In this document: positions 1 through 8,084 of the stretch, in pieces
How positions within the stretch are numbered: position 1 is the first letter of the stretch
How the letters are laid out: each line of letters starts with the position of its first letter
Source: an uncultured Gammaproteobacteria bacterium
GTDB lineage: Bacteria > Patescibacteriota > Patescibacteriia > Magasanikbacterales > JBBTXJ01
Direction: 5' to 3'
Assembly (NCBI GenBank): GCA_964636345.1
Contig: CAZWRL010000001.1
Span: 235 to 64,234, forward strand
DNA: 64,000 nucleotides
Translations under genes and position numbers: made by a program
The notes under the pieces: model-generated
Seen by the model: only the letters and a program-made list of their open reading frames with translations
Databases searched by the model: none
What the model was told of the DNA's origin: nothing

Positions 1-25
1 GTAAAAAGTAATAAAAATAAAAAAT

Positions 26-48
26 GCGGCCTTCTCTCCGAAGGCCGC
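26..48 (-). terminator. Intrinsic terminator of lipoprotein copy 1
   Basis: Hairpin gcggccttc-tctcc-gaaggccgc with an A-tract at 11-24 (U-tract on - strand), just past the stop at 72. Confidence 0.8.
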
Positions 49-71
49 TTAGAATTCACATTTTCTGCGTT

Positions 72-728
72 CTATTGTTGTGTGAGAACGAAGTCACATT
101 GAACCCGGAAAAAGACGATGGGATCAACGGTGCCATCACCAAATTCGCCTTCGCAGGTGCCGGAGATTGTCTGGTGATCAAGAGACAAAATGCCGGTGAA
201 GGTGATCCAGTGTTTGCTTTCACCATAAGGAACATCACTGACATAACGGAAGCCAAGTGGCGGTGGATCTATGCGCCCATCGCGCCTCAGATCACCCCAG
301 AGCGGTCCGTCGCCACCTACATTTCCCCAGAGATTGCACCCGTCCTGGTTAAGTGCGGTTTCTGGTGTCAGCCAAAAATTTCGAGCAGCCATCGTGTTGT
401 TCGCAGGATCGAATTGGTAACCAAAGGTTTGCAGATTGCTGATTTCAATCGACCATATCCCCTGAAACCATTGTGGACAGGTGCAGATGCCAGGTTCCTT
501 CGCCCCGCACTCCAGCCCATCCAGACAGGTGTTGCTGGACGATCCGCCGCACGGCTCACCATCGGCGCCAGGCGGACGCACACCCTCTCCCTCGTTCGGA
601 GATCCTTCTCCCTCGTTGCCCTCGTTGCCGCCGTTGTCACTCCCGCCACTCGGCGTCTTGCTCTCCTCGCCACAGGCGGGGAGGAGAAGGCCCAACAGGG
701 CCATGCTCATCAGGTACTTTGACACCAT
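72..728 (-). CDS. Cys-rich putative lipoprotein, cassette paralogue 1
   Basis: Signal peptide with lipobox LPA-C; G/E/N linker; CxCPQW motif shared with paralogues 2 and 3; GAGGAG RBS and promoter upstream. Confidence 0.85.
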   Translation of the reverse strand: MVSKYLMSMALLGLLLPACGEESKTPSGGSDNGGNEGNEGEGSPNEGEGVRPPGADGEPCGGSSSNTCLDGLECGAKEPGICTCPQWFQGIWSIEISNLQTFGYQFDPANNTMAARNFWLTPETALNQDGCNLWGNVGGDGPLWGDLRRDGRIDPPPLGFRYVSDVPYGESKHWITFTGILSLDHQTISGTCEGEFGDGTVDPIVFFRVQCDFVLTQQ

Positions 729-755
729 CTCTCTCCTCCTCGGTTTGTTGTTTCA

Positions 756-784
756 ATTAAACCACCTTTCGCGGGATTTGTCAA
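756..784 (-). promoter_or_regulatory. Sigma70-like promoter of lipoprotein 1
   Basis: TTGACA-N17-TTTAAT with an extended -10 TG on the - strand. Confidence 0.75.
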
Positions 785-789
785 TAGTA

Positions 790-880
790 TGTCATTGCGA
801 GGAGTCCCGATCACAATCGGGACGACGAAGCAATCTCATTAGATTGCTTCCCCCGGATCAGGTCCGGGGTCGCAATGACA
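790..880. repeat. REP/RPE-like palindromic element
   Basis: tgtcattgcga...gaagcaatct / agattgcttc...tcgcaatgaca nested inverted repeats with two side hairpins. Confidence 0.85.
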
Positions 881-882
881 CT

Positions 883-1512
883 TTCGTAGAGGTCCATTGG
901 GTTTATGTTGCCTTCGCCGACCATGACCGCATGCCAATAACCAACATCACCGTTGACTGGGATTTTGACAACCGCATCACCGGCGGTAACCCGGGTAAGT
1001 TCAAGAACAAAAAGACCCGGTGTTCCGCCAACAAAGCGGCAGCTTCTTGCGCGAATAATGTGAATGTCACCTGCTCAAAAGATACGGAATGTTCTGACAA
1101 TGGTCTTGGAGCATGTTCTGGCACTGCGGCTTCCTTTGGCAACTCGTCCGATGCCTGTGAAAAGGGATTCCATGAGTTCTTCGGTTCCTACAACTTCCAA
1201 CCCGATGATACCACCCACTGTAACTACAAGGTTGGAACAAACAACCCTGCCAATGTCACCACAGCCCAGCTCACCAGTTACGGCCTCTCCTTTGGAGACC
1301 GCTACTGCGCCTTTAAACCGAGAGTCATCATCATAGATAACTGGGGGTGGTGTAATGGGACGTGTGATGTGAATGGAGGGTGTTGGGAGAGTGACCGTGA
1401 TAGTGATTTAGCAAATTCTGGTCATTGTACCAATCCCAATCACGATGATTATAAGGCAGGAAAAGTTGGCACGCCATTTGATGGCTGGATAATTGTTGCG
1501 GAGCAGAAATAA
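883..1512 (+). pseudogene. Orphan C-terminal fragment (tip variant 1, ~209 aa) of a Cys-rich surface protein
   Basis: Frame reads ADHDRMPITNITVDW...FKPRVIIIDNWGWCNG...GWIIVAEQK*; no RBS or promoter, begins right after the REP; homologous to 3169-3435. Confidence 0.7.
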
Positions 1513-1515
1513 AAA

Positions 1516-1541
1516 AAGCGGCTTCCCCCCAAAAGCCGCTT
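1516..1541 (-). terminator. Terminator between tip 1 and lipoprotein 2
   Basis: aagcggctt-ccccccaa-aagccgctt hairpin with an A-tract on its left. Confidence 0.8.
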
Positions 1542-1556
1542 ACGAACATGTACTAC

Positions 1557-2315
1557 CTACTCGCGCCGCGTGAGCACGAACGTACAGGTGATGGGAAAGA
1601 GATTCCGGCCGGTATGCCAGCCAGGATATTCCCCGGTGCAAGTTCCCTGGACGGATTTTCCATCCGCCGATACCTGTCCAGTTGACTGGAGTGAATGCTC
1701 CTGATTGTCGCCAGCATCCCAAGTCCGTTTGTAGGAAAAACTCAGGGAGGGTAGTTTGAGCTCCCCACTTCCGTCATCCCTTGCCCACAGAAACTGCAGA
1801 TCCGGACCTCGGATCACGCACCCATCCTGTTCAAAAGTAACCTCCTGCTCGCTCCAAAACTGCCGATCCAGCCCGGGAGCCATGAAATCGTACTCCTCCC
1901 CGTCGGTGCGCCGCACCTCCGTGAACTCCGCCCACCACGTCCCCTCCATCCACTGGGGACAGGTGCAGATGTCGGGTTTCTCTGCCTCGGCTCCGCACTG
2001 GAAACCATCCTGGCAGGTTCCGCCATCTCCGCAAAGCTCCGAGTCCGCTCCGGGAGGAATCCCATCCACCTTTCCGTCGCAGTCATTGTCCTTGCCGTCG
2101 GCAACCTCCTTGGCGCCCGGATTGATGCGCGGGTCGCTGTCGTCGCAGTCGTTCTGTACTTCTCCGCAGTAAGGCCAGAAATCTCCATCCTTGTCGTTGA
2201 TGTCGGCGTCGACGGAGGTGCACGCGCCTTCTTCTCCACCACCCGACGTCTTGCTCTCCTCGCCACAGGCGGGGAGCCCCAGGCCCACCAGGGCCATGAA
2301 AAGAACGTGCCGCAT
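1557..2315 (-). CDS. Cys-rich putative lipoprotein with MopE-like metal-binding motif, cassette paralogue 2
   Basis: Lipobox LPA-C; DCDDSDPRINPGAKEVADGKDNDCDGKVD matches the PF11617-type motif; N-terminal half nearly identical to 3590-4348. Confidence 0.88.
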   Translation of the reverse strand: MRHVLFMALVGLGLPACGEESKTSGGGEEGACTSVDADINDKDGDFWPYCGEVQNDCDDSDPRINPGAKEVADGKDNDCDGKVDGIPPGADSELCGDGGTCQDGFQCGAEAEKPDICTCPQWMEGTWWAEFTEVRRTDGEEYDFMAPGLDRQFWSEQEVTFEQDGCVIRGPDLQFLWARDDGSGELKLPSLSFSYKRTWDAGDNQEHSLQSTGQVSADGKSVQGTCTGEYPGWHTGRNLFPITCTFVLTRRE

Positions 2316-2400
2316 CTTCTCTCCCTCCTCGGTTTTTTTGCCCCCCTTCTAGGGGGTGTTGTTTTTATTTCTCTACCTATTGTACTACAGGTAGCCATCC

Positions 2401-2429
2401 ATTAAACCATATACAGAGAGATTTGTCAA
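2401..2429 (-). promoter_or_regulatory. Sigma70-like promoter of lipoprotein 2
   Basis: TTGACA-N17-TTTAAT with extended -10. Confidence 0.75.
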
Positions 2430-2459
2430 GTGGTATTGATTGTGCTATCTTTACTGTGT

Positions 2460-2870
2460 ATGAAGGAAATAACGAGAAAGTGGGTTCTTTTTGCCCGGGC
2501 AGATCTTGATGCGGCAGAGCTCCAGTTTCGTTATGGCGGCAAACGCGGCAGTGCCTATCAGATTGCAGTGTTCCACTGTCATCAGGCAATCGAGAAGCTC
2601 TTGAAAGCACACTTCATTGAACAGGATAAAGAAGTGAGAAAGAATCATGATTTGATTCAGCTTCGGACAGAAATCAATTTAGAGTTTCCCAAAGAGCTTT
2701 CAGTAATAATTGAAAATCTGCATCCCCACTATCTGCTCCCTCGTTATCCGGATTTAGCATTTAGACCCGCATTTTCATTCTCGTACACCCGTTCAAACAC
2801 CCGAAAAATTTTATCTGACACCAGTAAATTATTCCTATGGCTCGAACGACTTTTAAAGAAAAAAAAATAA
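2460..2870 (+). CDS. HEPN domain protein (putative toxin)
   Basis: W..A..DL..A, FHCHQAIEKLLKA, KNHDL and RYPD motifs. Confidence 0.9.
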   Translation: MKEITRKWVLFARADLDAAELQFRYGGKRGSAYQIAVFHCHQAIEKLLKAHFIEQDKEVRKNHDLIQLRTEINLEFPKELSVIIENLHPHYLLPRYPDLAFRPAFSFSYTRSNTRKILSDTSKLFLWLERLLKKKK

Positions 2871-3169
2871 TCAGTGCCTATCAGAAAAGTTTAGAACCGT
2901 ATTTGCGGTTAGACGGCGTTTTCGTGTTTGGTAGTACCGCGCGTGGGGAACGGACGTCATCAAGCGATCTTGATGTTATTGTATTATCACGGGATTTTAA
3001 AAAAATGTCTTTCATGCGCCGCCTTCGATTATTGAACCGTCTTCGTTCGGGCCCAGCGCTTCATGTTCCTATGGATATTATCGGGTTTACGCCGGATGAG
3101 TTTAAATCATTGAAAACAAGCGAATCTCCAAATCTGCGACGGGTGTACCATGAGGCAAAAAAAATGTAG
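2837..3169 (+). CDS. Minimal nucleotidyltransferase (MNT, putative antitoxin)
   Basis: VFGSTARG...SDLDVIV motif; overlaps the HEPN gene. Confidence 0.9.
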   Translation: MARTTFKEKKIISAYQKSLEPYLRLDGVFVFGSTARGERTSSSDLDVIVLSRDFKKMSFMRRLRLLNRLRSGPALHVPMDIIGFTPDEFKSLKTSESPNLRRVYHEAKKM

Positions 3170-3435
3170 CCAATGTCACCACAGCCCAGCTCACCAGTTA
3201 CGGCCTCTCCTTTGGAGACCGCTACTGCGCCTTCAAACCGCGCGTGATTGTGGTGGATAACTGGGGATGGTGTAATGGGACGGATGCACAGGGTGCGATA
3301 AAAGGATATTGGGGCAATCCGGATGCGCAACAGGCGGAACATAATATTTGTACAAATAAAGATGCCGATGATTATATGGATGGTTTGATTGGAACTAAAT
3401 TTAGTGGATGGATTGTAGTGGCAGAGCAGAAATAG
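3169..3435 (+). pseudogene. Orphan C-terminal fragment (tip variant 2, 88 aa) of the Cys-rich surface protein
   Basis: ANVTTAQLTSYGLSFGDRYCAFKPRVIVVDNWGWCNG...GWIVVAEQK*; first 65 bp identical to 1249-1313; no start codon at its 5' edge. Confidence 0.8.
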
Positions 3436-3438
3436 TTC

Positions 3439-3541
3439 TCATCCCGGACTCGCCGCGAGATCCGGGATCCAGTCAATTGATGGGTTCCGGGGGGGGGCCT
3501 GACGGGCCGAGCGAGCGCAGGCCCAGGAGTCCGGAATGACA
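3439..3541. repeat. REP-like palindromic element
   Basis: tcatcccgga...gggatccag...tgggttccgg...tccggaatgaca imperfect nested palindrome. Confidence 0.7.
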
Positions 3542-3560
3542 CATGCTGAAAAATAAAAAA

Positions 3561-3584
3561 GAGCGGCTCCCCCCAAAGCCGCTC
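3561..3584 (-). terminator. Terminator of lipoprotein 3
   Basis: gagcggct-ccccccaa-agccgctc, homologous to 1516-1541. Confidence 0.8.
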
Positions 3585-3589
3585 GCGCA

Positions 3590-4348
3590 CTAGTCACGCC
3601 GTGTGAGCGTGAAACTACACTCCACATTGAAGAAGGTATCTGGTCGCGTGGACACGTCCGGATACGTTCCGGAACAGGTGCCAGCAACAACCTGATTATC
3701 AGGAGCCATGTTACCCGTGAACGTAATCCACGCTTCGCCTTCAAGGCTACCCACTTCTCTCTTCCAGAGAAATCCGTTTGGTGGCGGATCCATCTTTCCT
3801 TCGCCAGCGTTTCCTGTTGAGAACGGCCAGTTTTCCGCTGGCCTGATCAAGGTACACCCATCCTGTTGGATGTCAACCTCTCGGTTCTCCCAGAACTGGC
3901 GAGAAATGTCGTGGGCGTTGAAGTCATACTCGTAGTCCACAGCATGGGCTGTAAACTCCACCCACCACGTCCCCTCCATCCACTGGGGACAGGTGCAGAT
4001 GTCGGGATTTTCCGTCTCCGCTCCGCACTGGAAACCATCCTGGCAGGTTCTGCCATCTCCGCAAAGCTCCGAGTCCGCTCCGGGAGGAATCCCATCCACC
4101 TTTCCGTCGCAGTCATTGTCCTTGCCGTCGGCAACCTCCTTGGCGCCCGGATTGATGCGCGGGTCGCTGTCGTCGCAGTCGTTCTGTACTTCTCCGCAGT
4201 AAGGCCAGAAATCTCCATCCTTGTCGTTGATGTCGGCGTCGACGGAGGTGCACGCGCCTTCTTCTCCACCACCCGACGTCTTGCTCTCCTCGCCACAGGC
4301 GGGGAGCCCCAGGCCCACCAGGGCCATGCTCATCAGGTACTTTGACAC
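3590..4348 (-). CDS. Cys-rich putative lipoprotein with MopE-like motif, cassette paralogue 3
   Basis: Lipobox LPA-C; 3953-4328 nearly identical to 1923-2298; start region shared with paralogue 1. Confidence 0.88.
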   Translation of the reverse strand: MSKYLMSMALVGLGLPACGEESKTSGGGEEGACTSVDADINDKDGDFWPYCGEVQNDCDDSDPRINPGAKEVADGKDNDCDGKVDGIPPGADSELCGDGRTCQDGFQCGAETENPDICTCPQWMEGTWWVEFTAHAVDYEYDFNAHDISRQFWENREVDIQQDGCTLIRPAENWPFSTGNAGEGKMDPPPNGFLWKREVGSLEGEAWITFTGNMAPDNQVVAGTCSGTYPDVSTRPDTFFNVECSFTLTRRD

Positions 4349-4374
4349 CGTCTCTCTCCTCCCCGGTTTTGTTG

Positions 4375-4422
4375 GATTCTATCGCCCTGCTTCGCTAAAG
4401 CTACGCAGGACCCCAGAATGAC
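4375..4422. repeat. Half REP-like element in the leader of lipoprotein 3
   Basis: gattctatcgc-[cctgc..gctaaagc..gcagg]-ccagaatgac, same family as the inserts in nadE and asnB. Confidence 0.7.
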
Positions 4423-4449
4423 GTTGTTTTTTGTTACCACCGTAGCCCC

Positions 4450-4478
4450 AGTAAATCACAGACGGGGGAGTTAGTCAA
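4450..4478 (-). promoter_or_regulatory. Probable promoter of lipoprotein 3
   Basis: TTGACT-N17-TTTACT with extended TG. Confidence 0.55.
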
Positions 4479-4528
4479 GAGCCAATAAGTCGACGGTGAT
4501 TTACTTTTAAGAATTTGTGGATAATTTA

Positions 4529-4870
4529 TTAGGTAAAGAAGCGATCATTATAATATCTTTTTTGCGGTGAGAAGGTGCGGTGATAAAACTTTCCGAGCCG
4601 CTCAAGATCGTGTGGTTTTAGATTAAGTCCCACTTCCTCTTTTATCTCACGCAGCGCGGCTTGCAAATAGGTCTCTCCCTTGCGCACATGTCCGGCAACT
4701 AAATGGTCAAGATAACCCCCGTCACGCTTTTGCACTAAAATTTGTCTAGCCGCATTGATTAAGTACGCTGCGATCTCCCGATGTCGCAGTTGTTTGCCAT
4801 GTATGATCTGGGAAGGAAGATGCTGAATTACGCGATCATTTTTGTCCACCACCGGGATGAGTTCGAGCAT
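4529..4870 (-). CDS. NUDIX hydrolase (IDI-like), possibly C-terminally truncated
   Basis: AGHVRKGETYLQAALREIKEEVG NUDIX box; VVDKND and LRHR N-terminal motifs; short for the family. Confidence 0.75.
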   Translation of the reverse strand: MLELIPVVDKNDRVIQHLPSQIIHGKQLRHREIAAYLINAARQILVQKRDGGYLDHLVAGHVRKGETYLQAALREIKEEVGLNLKPHDLERLGKFYHRTFSPQKRYYNDRFFT

Positions 4871-5021
4871 AGGAGATGCCACTAATTAAGATCACAGTGT
4901 AATCATGATATCCGGAAGGCGACCGACTGTCAATTTAACGATATCCGCTGTTCAACCCCCGAACATAATTGACAGTACTTAACATAAGGTGTAGGATTAT
5001 TACACGTTACATGGAGGAACC

Positions 5022-5906
5022 ATGAGAGAAAAACTCGATGATCTTTTACATGCGCTTCAGGCGGCGCAAACGGCGGTAATACCTTATCTTGGAAATGGCT
5101 CGGTATTTGATATCGACGCAGCTGCAACAAACGCGTTGCGAGCCACGCTTCAATCTTGCACATGGGGCATGCGTGTAGCAATTGGCGAGGGGCGCAACGA
5201 CGATATGCCGGGACTTTTTCGTGATGAGTTCCTTGGCAACGGTCCGTTCTTGCACGAGATTGCGGTTGACCCGATTGATGGCACAACTCCTGCTGCTAAT
5301 CTGGGCATGCAACAACAATGGAAACAAGGGCAAGTCGTGAGTGCGCTTGCGCTTGCGCCCATAGGTACGATTTATTATCCTTCGGGATCTGAACGGCGCA
5401 TGGAACGTATCGCCGCGCCAGGCAAGGGGTATGAGCTATCGCTGGATGCGTCTCCAGCCGAGAATGTGGAGCGTATCGCGGCAGCGCTTCGCTGTGCGCG
5501 TCAAGAACTCACCGCAATTGTAGTGTCACCGCATCGCAACGGTGCGTTGATTGAGGAGTTGAAGAAAATCGGCTTGCCGATTCTGACGCCGAAGTGCGGG
5601 CTTGGTCTTGAGCTTGCGGCGTTCATTCCACGTCTTCTAGATAGGCATCACATTGTCTATGGCATTGGCGGCGAGCCAGAAACAGTGGTGTTGGCCGCGG
5701 CGGTGCGTGCGAGCGGTGGAACCCTTCTCGCGCGATTGTGGTGTCTGGACGAGGAAGAACGCCAAGCATTTGTCACAGTCGGTACGGATGTCACCCGCGT
5801 GTATCAAGAGAATGAACTAGTGCGAGGATCTTGCGGTGTTGTAGCGGTAGGAATTACGGATGGACCAATTCCTACCGAAGGCGTGGTTCTTAGCGAGGAA
5901 AAGTGA
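5022..5906 (+). CDS. glpX: Divergent class II fructose-1,6-bisphosphatase (GlpX-like)
   Basis: IGEG, AVDPIDGT, GIGGEPE and GITDG motifs; GGAGG RBS. Confidence 0.8.
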   Translation: MREKLDDLLHALQAAQTAVIPYLGNGSVFDIDAAATNALRATLQSCTWGMRVAIGEGRNDDMPGLFRDEFLGNGPFLHEIAVDPIDGTTPAANLGMQQQWKQGQVVSALALAPIGTIYYPSGSERRMERIAAPGKGYELSLDASPAENVERIAAALRCARQELTAIVVSPHRNGALIEELKKIGLPILTPKCGLGLELAAFIPRLLDRHHIVYGIGGEPETVVLAAAVRASGGTLLARLWCLDEEERQAFVTVGTDVTRVYQENELVRGSCGVVAVGITDGPIPTEGVVLSEEK

Positions 5907-5928
5907 AGGTGGTTAGTGATACCGCCTT

Positions 5929-6489
5929 TTATTTTTTGAAAAGTTTAATTTTCCGGAAGATATGGGTAACTGGGGGCGTGAAGTGAAGACGCGCCATTTG
6001 AGATTTTGTATACCACCGCAGGTGTATAGATTCATGCGGGTTTTTCTTGATCTTTCCTTTCGCATGGATAAGGTAGAGGCGCCAGAAATGCTTATTCACA
6101 CCCCGGGTGCATGGATCTGGATCAATCAGGCCTTGAAAAATGAGTTGTTTATCTTTAATAGTAAGTCCGGTCTCCTCTTTTACTTCGCGCGCGAGCGCCT
6201 TAATCATTGTTTCATGTTTATCAACGTGGCCGCCGATAGTGGCATAGAGGAATGGCCAGTGGGTACGCTTGGAGATAAGATATTTTCCATTTTGTTCAAT
6301 GAGCGCGCCCGCAGAAAAATGAATTGGACCTTGCGCGGTATGGCGCACCTTAGTCGGCCCCGTCAGCTCTATAAAACGTGGATTGGTCTTACCGCACGCA
6401 CGACAGTGAAACAGTAAATACTTACCTTTGTGAAGCACTTTTAGCTTAGGTGATTTACAGATAAAACATCCGCGAATTTCTTTAGTCAT
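5929..6489 (-). CDS. NUDIX hydrolase with N-terminal zinc ribbon
   Basis: CxxC...CxxC followed by GGHVDKHETMIKALAREVKEETG. Confidence 0.85.
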   Translation of the reverse strand: MTKEIRGCFICKSPKLKVLHKGKYLLFHCRACGKTNPRFIELTGPTKVRHTAQGPIHFSAGALIEQNGKYLISKRTHWPFLYATIGGHVDKHETMIKALAREVKEETGLTIKDKQLIFQGLIDPDPCTRGVNKHFWRLYLIHAKGKIKKNPHESIHLRWYTKSQMARLHFTPPVTHIFRKIKLFKK

Positions 6490-6562
6490 ACAAATAGATT
6501 GTGCCTTGTACATCCAAAAAAAGAAAGGGCTGAGTAGGCCCTTGGAGAAGAACGTATGCACT

Positions 6563-7138
6563 CTAGGCGACTGAACGCCACCATTCTAGAATTTTGGCCG
6601 TCTGTTCATCCAGGGTGGAGCCACCGTTGTTATTGTGCAGAAGCAGTCGTCTCGTCATGCCGGATTGCGCAAATGCCTGACGGAAAAGGTCGCGTTTCTC
6701 AATGAGCGTTGGAAGGGAACGATCAGCGTGGCCAGAGGTGCCCCGAGGATTTGCCGCGTGACGCGCCTCCAGCGTGGCATCGTCAACATCAAGTAGCACA
6801 AGACCCACTTTCAACCGGTTCAATTCGTCATCCAGCACGCGGTAGTCCTGCACAATCCCAAGGTAGAGCTGGCAGTAGACAATGTCGGTAAGGTGCAGTC
6901 GAACAATGAGGAGCTCATCGTGTTTCACCGCCGCGATCAAGGGAAGGTGCGCTTCGCTTCTTTCTCTGAAATATTGCGAAAGCGCTTCTGTTCCATGCGC
7001 TTGCAGCGCTTTGCGGTAATATCCACTTGTTCTGATCACCACTGCATTTTTACAGGTTTGCAGGAGCGTTGCAAGCATAGCATCTTTTCCGCAATAGTTT
7101 GATCCCTCAATGATGATGCGTGGAGGGATGAGTTGCAT
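6563..7138 (-). CDS. NMP kinase (thymidylate kinase-like) P-loop protein
   Basis: IIIEGSNYCGKD P-loop; R.hLTD.VY; LLDVD..TL.AR lid. Confidence 0.65.
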   Translation of the reverse strand: MQLIPPRIIIEGSNYCGKDAMLATLLQTCKNAVVIRTSGYYRKALQAHGTEALSQYFRERSEAHLPLIAAVKHDELLIVRLHLTDIVYCQLYLGIVQDYRVLDDELNRLKVGLVLLDVDDATLEARHAANPRGTSGHADRSLPTLIEKRDLFRQAFAQSGMTRRLLLHNNNGGSTLDEQTAKILEWWRSVA

Positions 7139-7241
7139 GTTGCTCTCTCCTTTCACTACTTTAAGCGTATCATTTCTATTCTAACGTGTCAATTCCTTAT
7201 TTGCGTAAGCGATATTAATAATGTATTATGCAAATTCACTT

Positions 7242-8015
7242 ATGCTTCGTCTCATGCTCTACAACATTTATAAGGGCAGTGGCAAGCGCGTACCGTTCAT
7301 TGCAAAAATAGTAAAAGATGCAAAACCTGACATGTTAGGTTTACTTGAAACAGTGGCATGGGGAGAAAATGAACTCCAGAGATTTGCGCGTGTATCGGGA
7401 CTGCCACACACATTTTTAGGGAAAGCCAACACAAAGTATGATATGGCGCTTTTAGGCGTGCATACTCCGCAAGAGGTCGTCAATATACAAGAAGGATTCT
7501 GGCATACGGTTATCCGTGCGGTCTACCAAATTACTTCGATTGAAGATCTCGCGATCTTTCTCGTCCATCTCAATCCCAAGGATACAGATGCCCGACTCAA
7601 GGAGGTACGGCGATTGGTTGAACTGACTCGCTCGTATCGCCACACGGTGATTATGGGGGATTTCAATTCACTTTCACCACATGATCCTTACGACCATAAA
7701 GCGCTTCTTAAACTTCTACGCAAACAGAATATTGAGAAATTTGGTGTAGGGCAGCTTCGATTTGATTGTATAAAATTTGTTGAAGCCCAAGGGTTTATAG
7801 ATGTAATGTCTACGCTGAACAAACCATTTACTTCCACGGTTCCAACTCCAATGAATGTAGACAAAATGCATGCCGCCCCACTTCGGCTTGATTATGTATT
7901 TATCTCCGAAGGGCTCAGACCGTTCCTGCGTGATGCGACAACGCTCACGACTCCACTGGCGGACAGCGCTTCAGATCACTATCCTCTCTTGGTTGATTTC
8001 GATTTAGTGCAATAA
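7242..8015 (+). CDS. Endonuclease/exonuclease/phosphatase family protein
   Basis: YNI, PD..GL.E, HL, GDFNS, RLDYVF and SDHYP motifs. Confidence 0.9.
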   Translation: MLRLMLYNIYKGSGKRVPFIAKIVKDAKPDMLGLLETVAWGENELQRFARVSGLPHTFLGKANTKYDMALLGVHTPQEVVNIQEGFWHTVIRAVYQITSIEDLAIFLVHLNPKDTDARLKEVRRLVELTRSYRHTVIMGDFNSLSPHDPYDHKALLKLLRKQNIEKFGVGQLRFDCIKFVEAQGFIDVMSTLNKPFTSTVPTPMNVDKMHAAPLRLDYVFISEGLRPFLRDATTLTTPLADSASDHYPLLVDFDLVQ

Positions 8016-8084
8016 GTTCTGGTTTGTGCTTGACATTCTCCGCGCTTTGGCGTTTACTAGAAGAGGGCAAGCCAAGGAGGATGT

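Noticed and set aside
481-1512. 343-aa ORF as one gene
   Set aside because: Its first ~130 codons are the antisense of lipoprotein 1, its promoter and a REP. Only 883-1512 looks like real coding sequence.
1249-3435. DGR template/variable repeat pair
   Set aside because: Differences are not confined to adenines, many are synonymous, there is an indel, and no reverse transcriptase is in the window.
1-4480. Integron or shufflon
   Set aside because: No attC-like ends recognised, the repeats are direct rather than inverted, and no recombinase is in the window (one could lie elsewhere).
4516-4524. DnaA box TTATCCACA (also 23534-23542) as a replication origin
   Set aside because: Isolated single boxes with no cluster and no dnaA or dnaN nearby.
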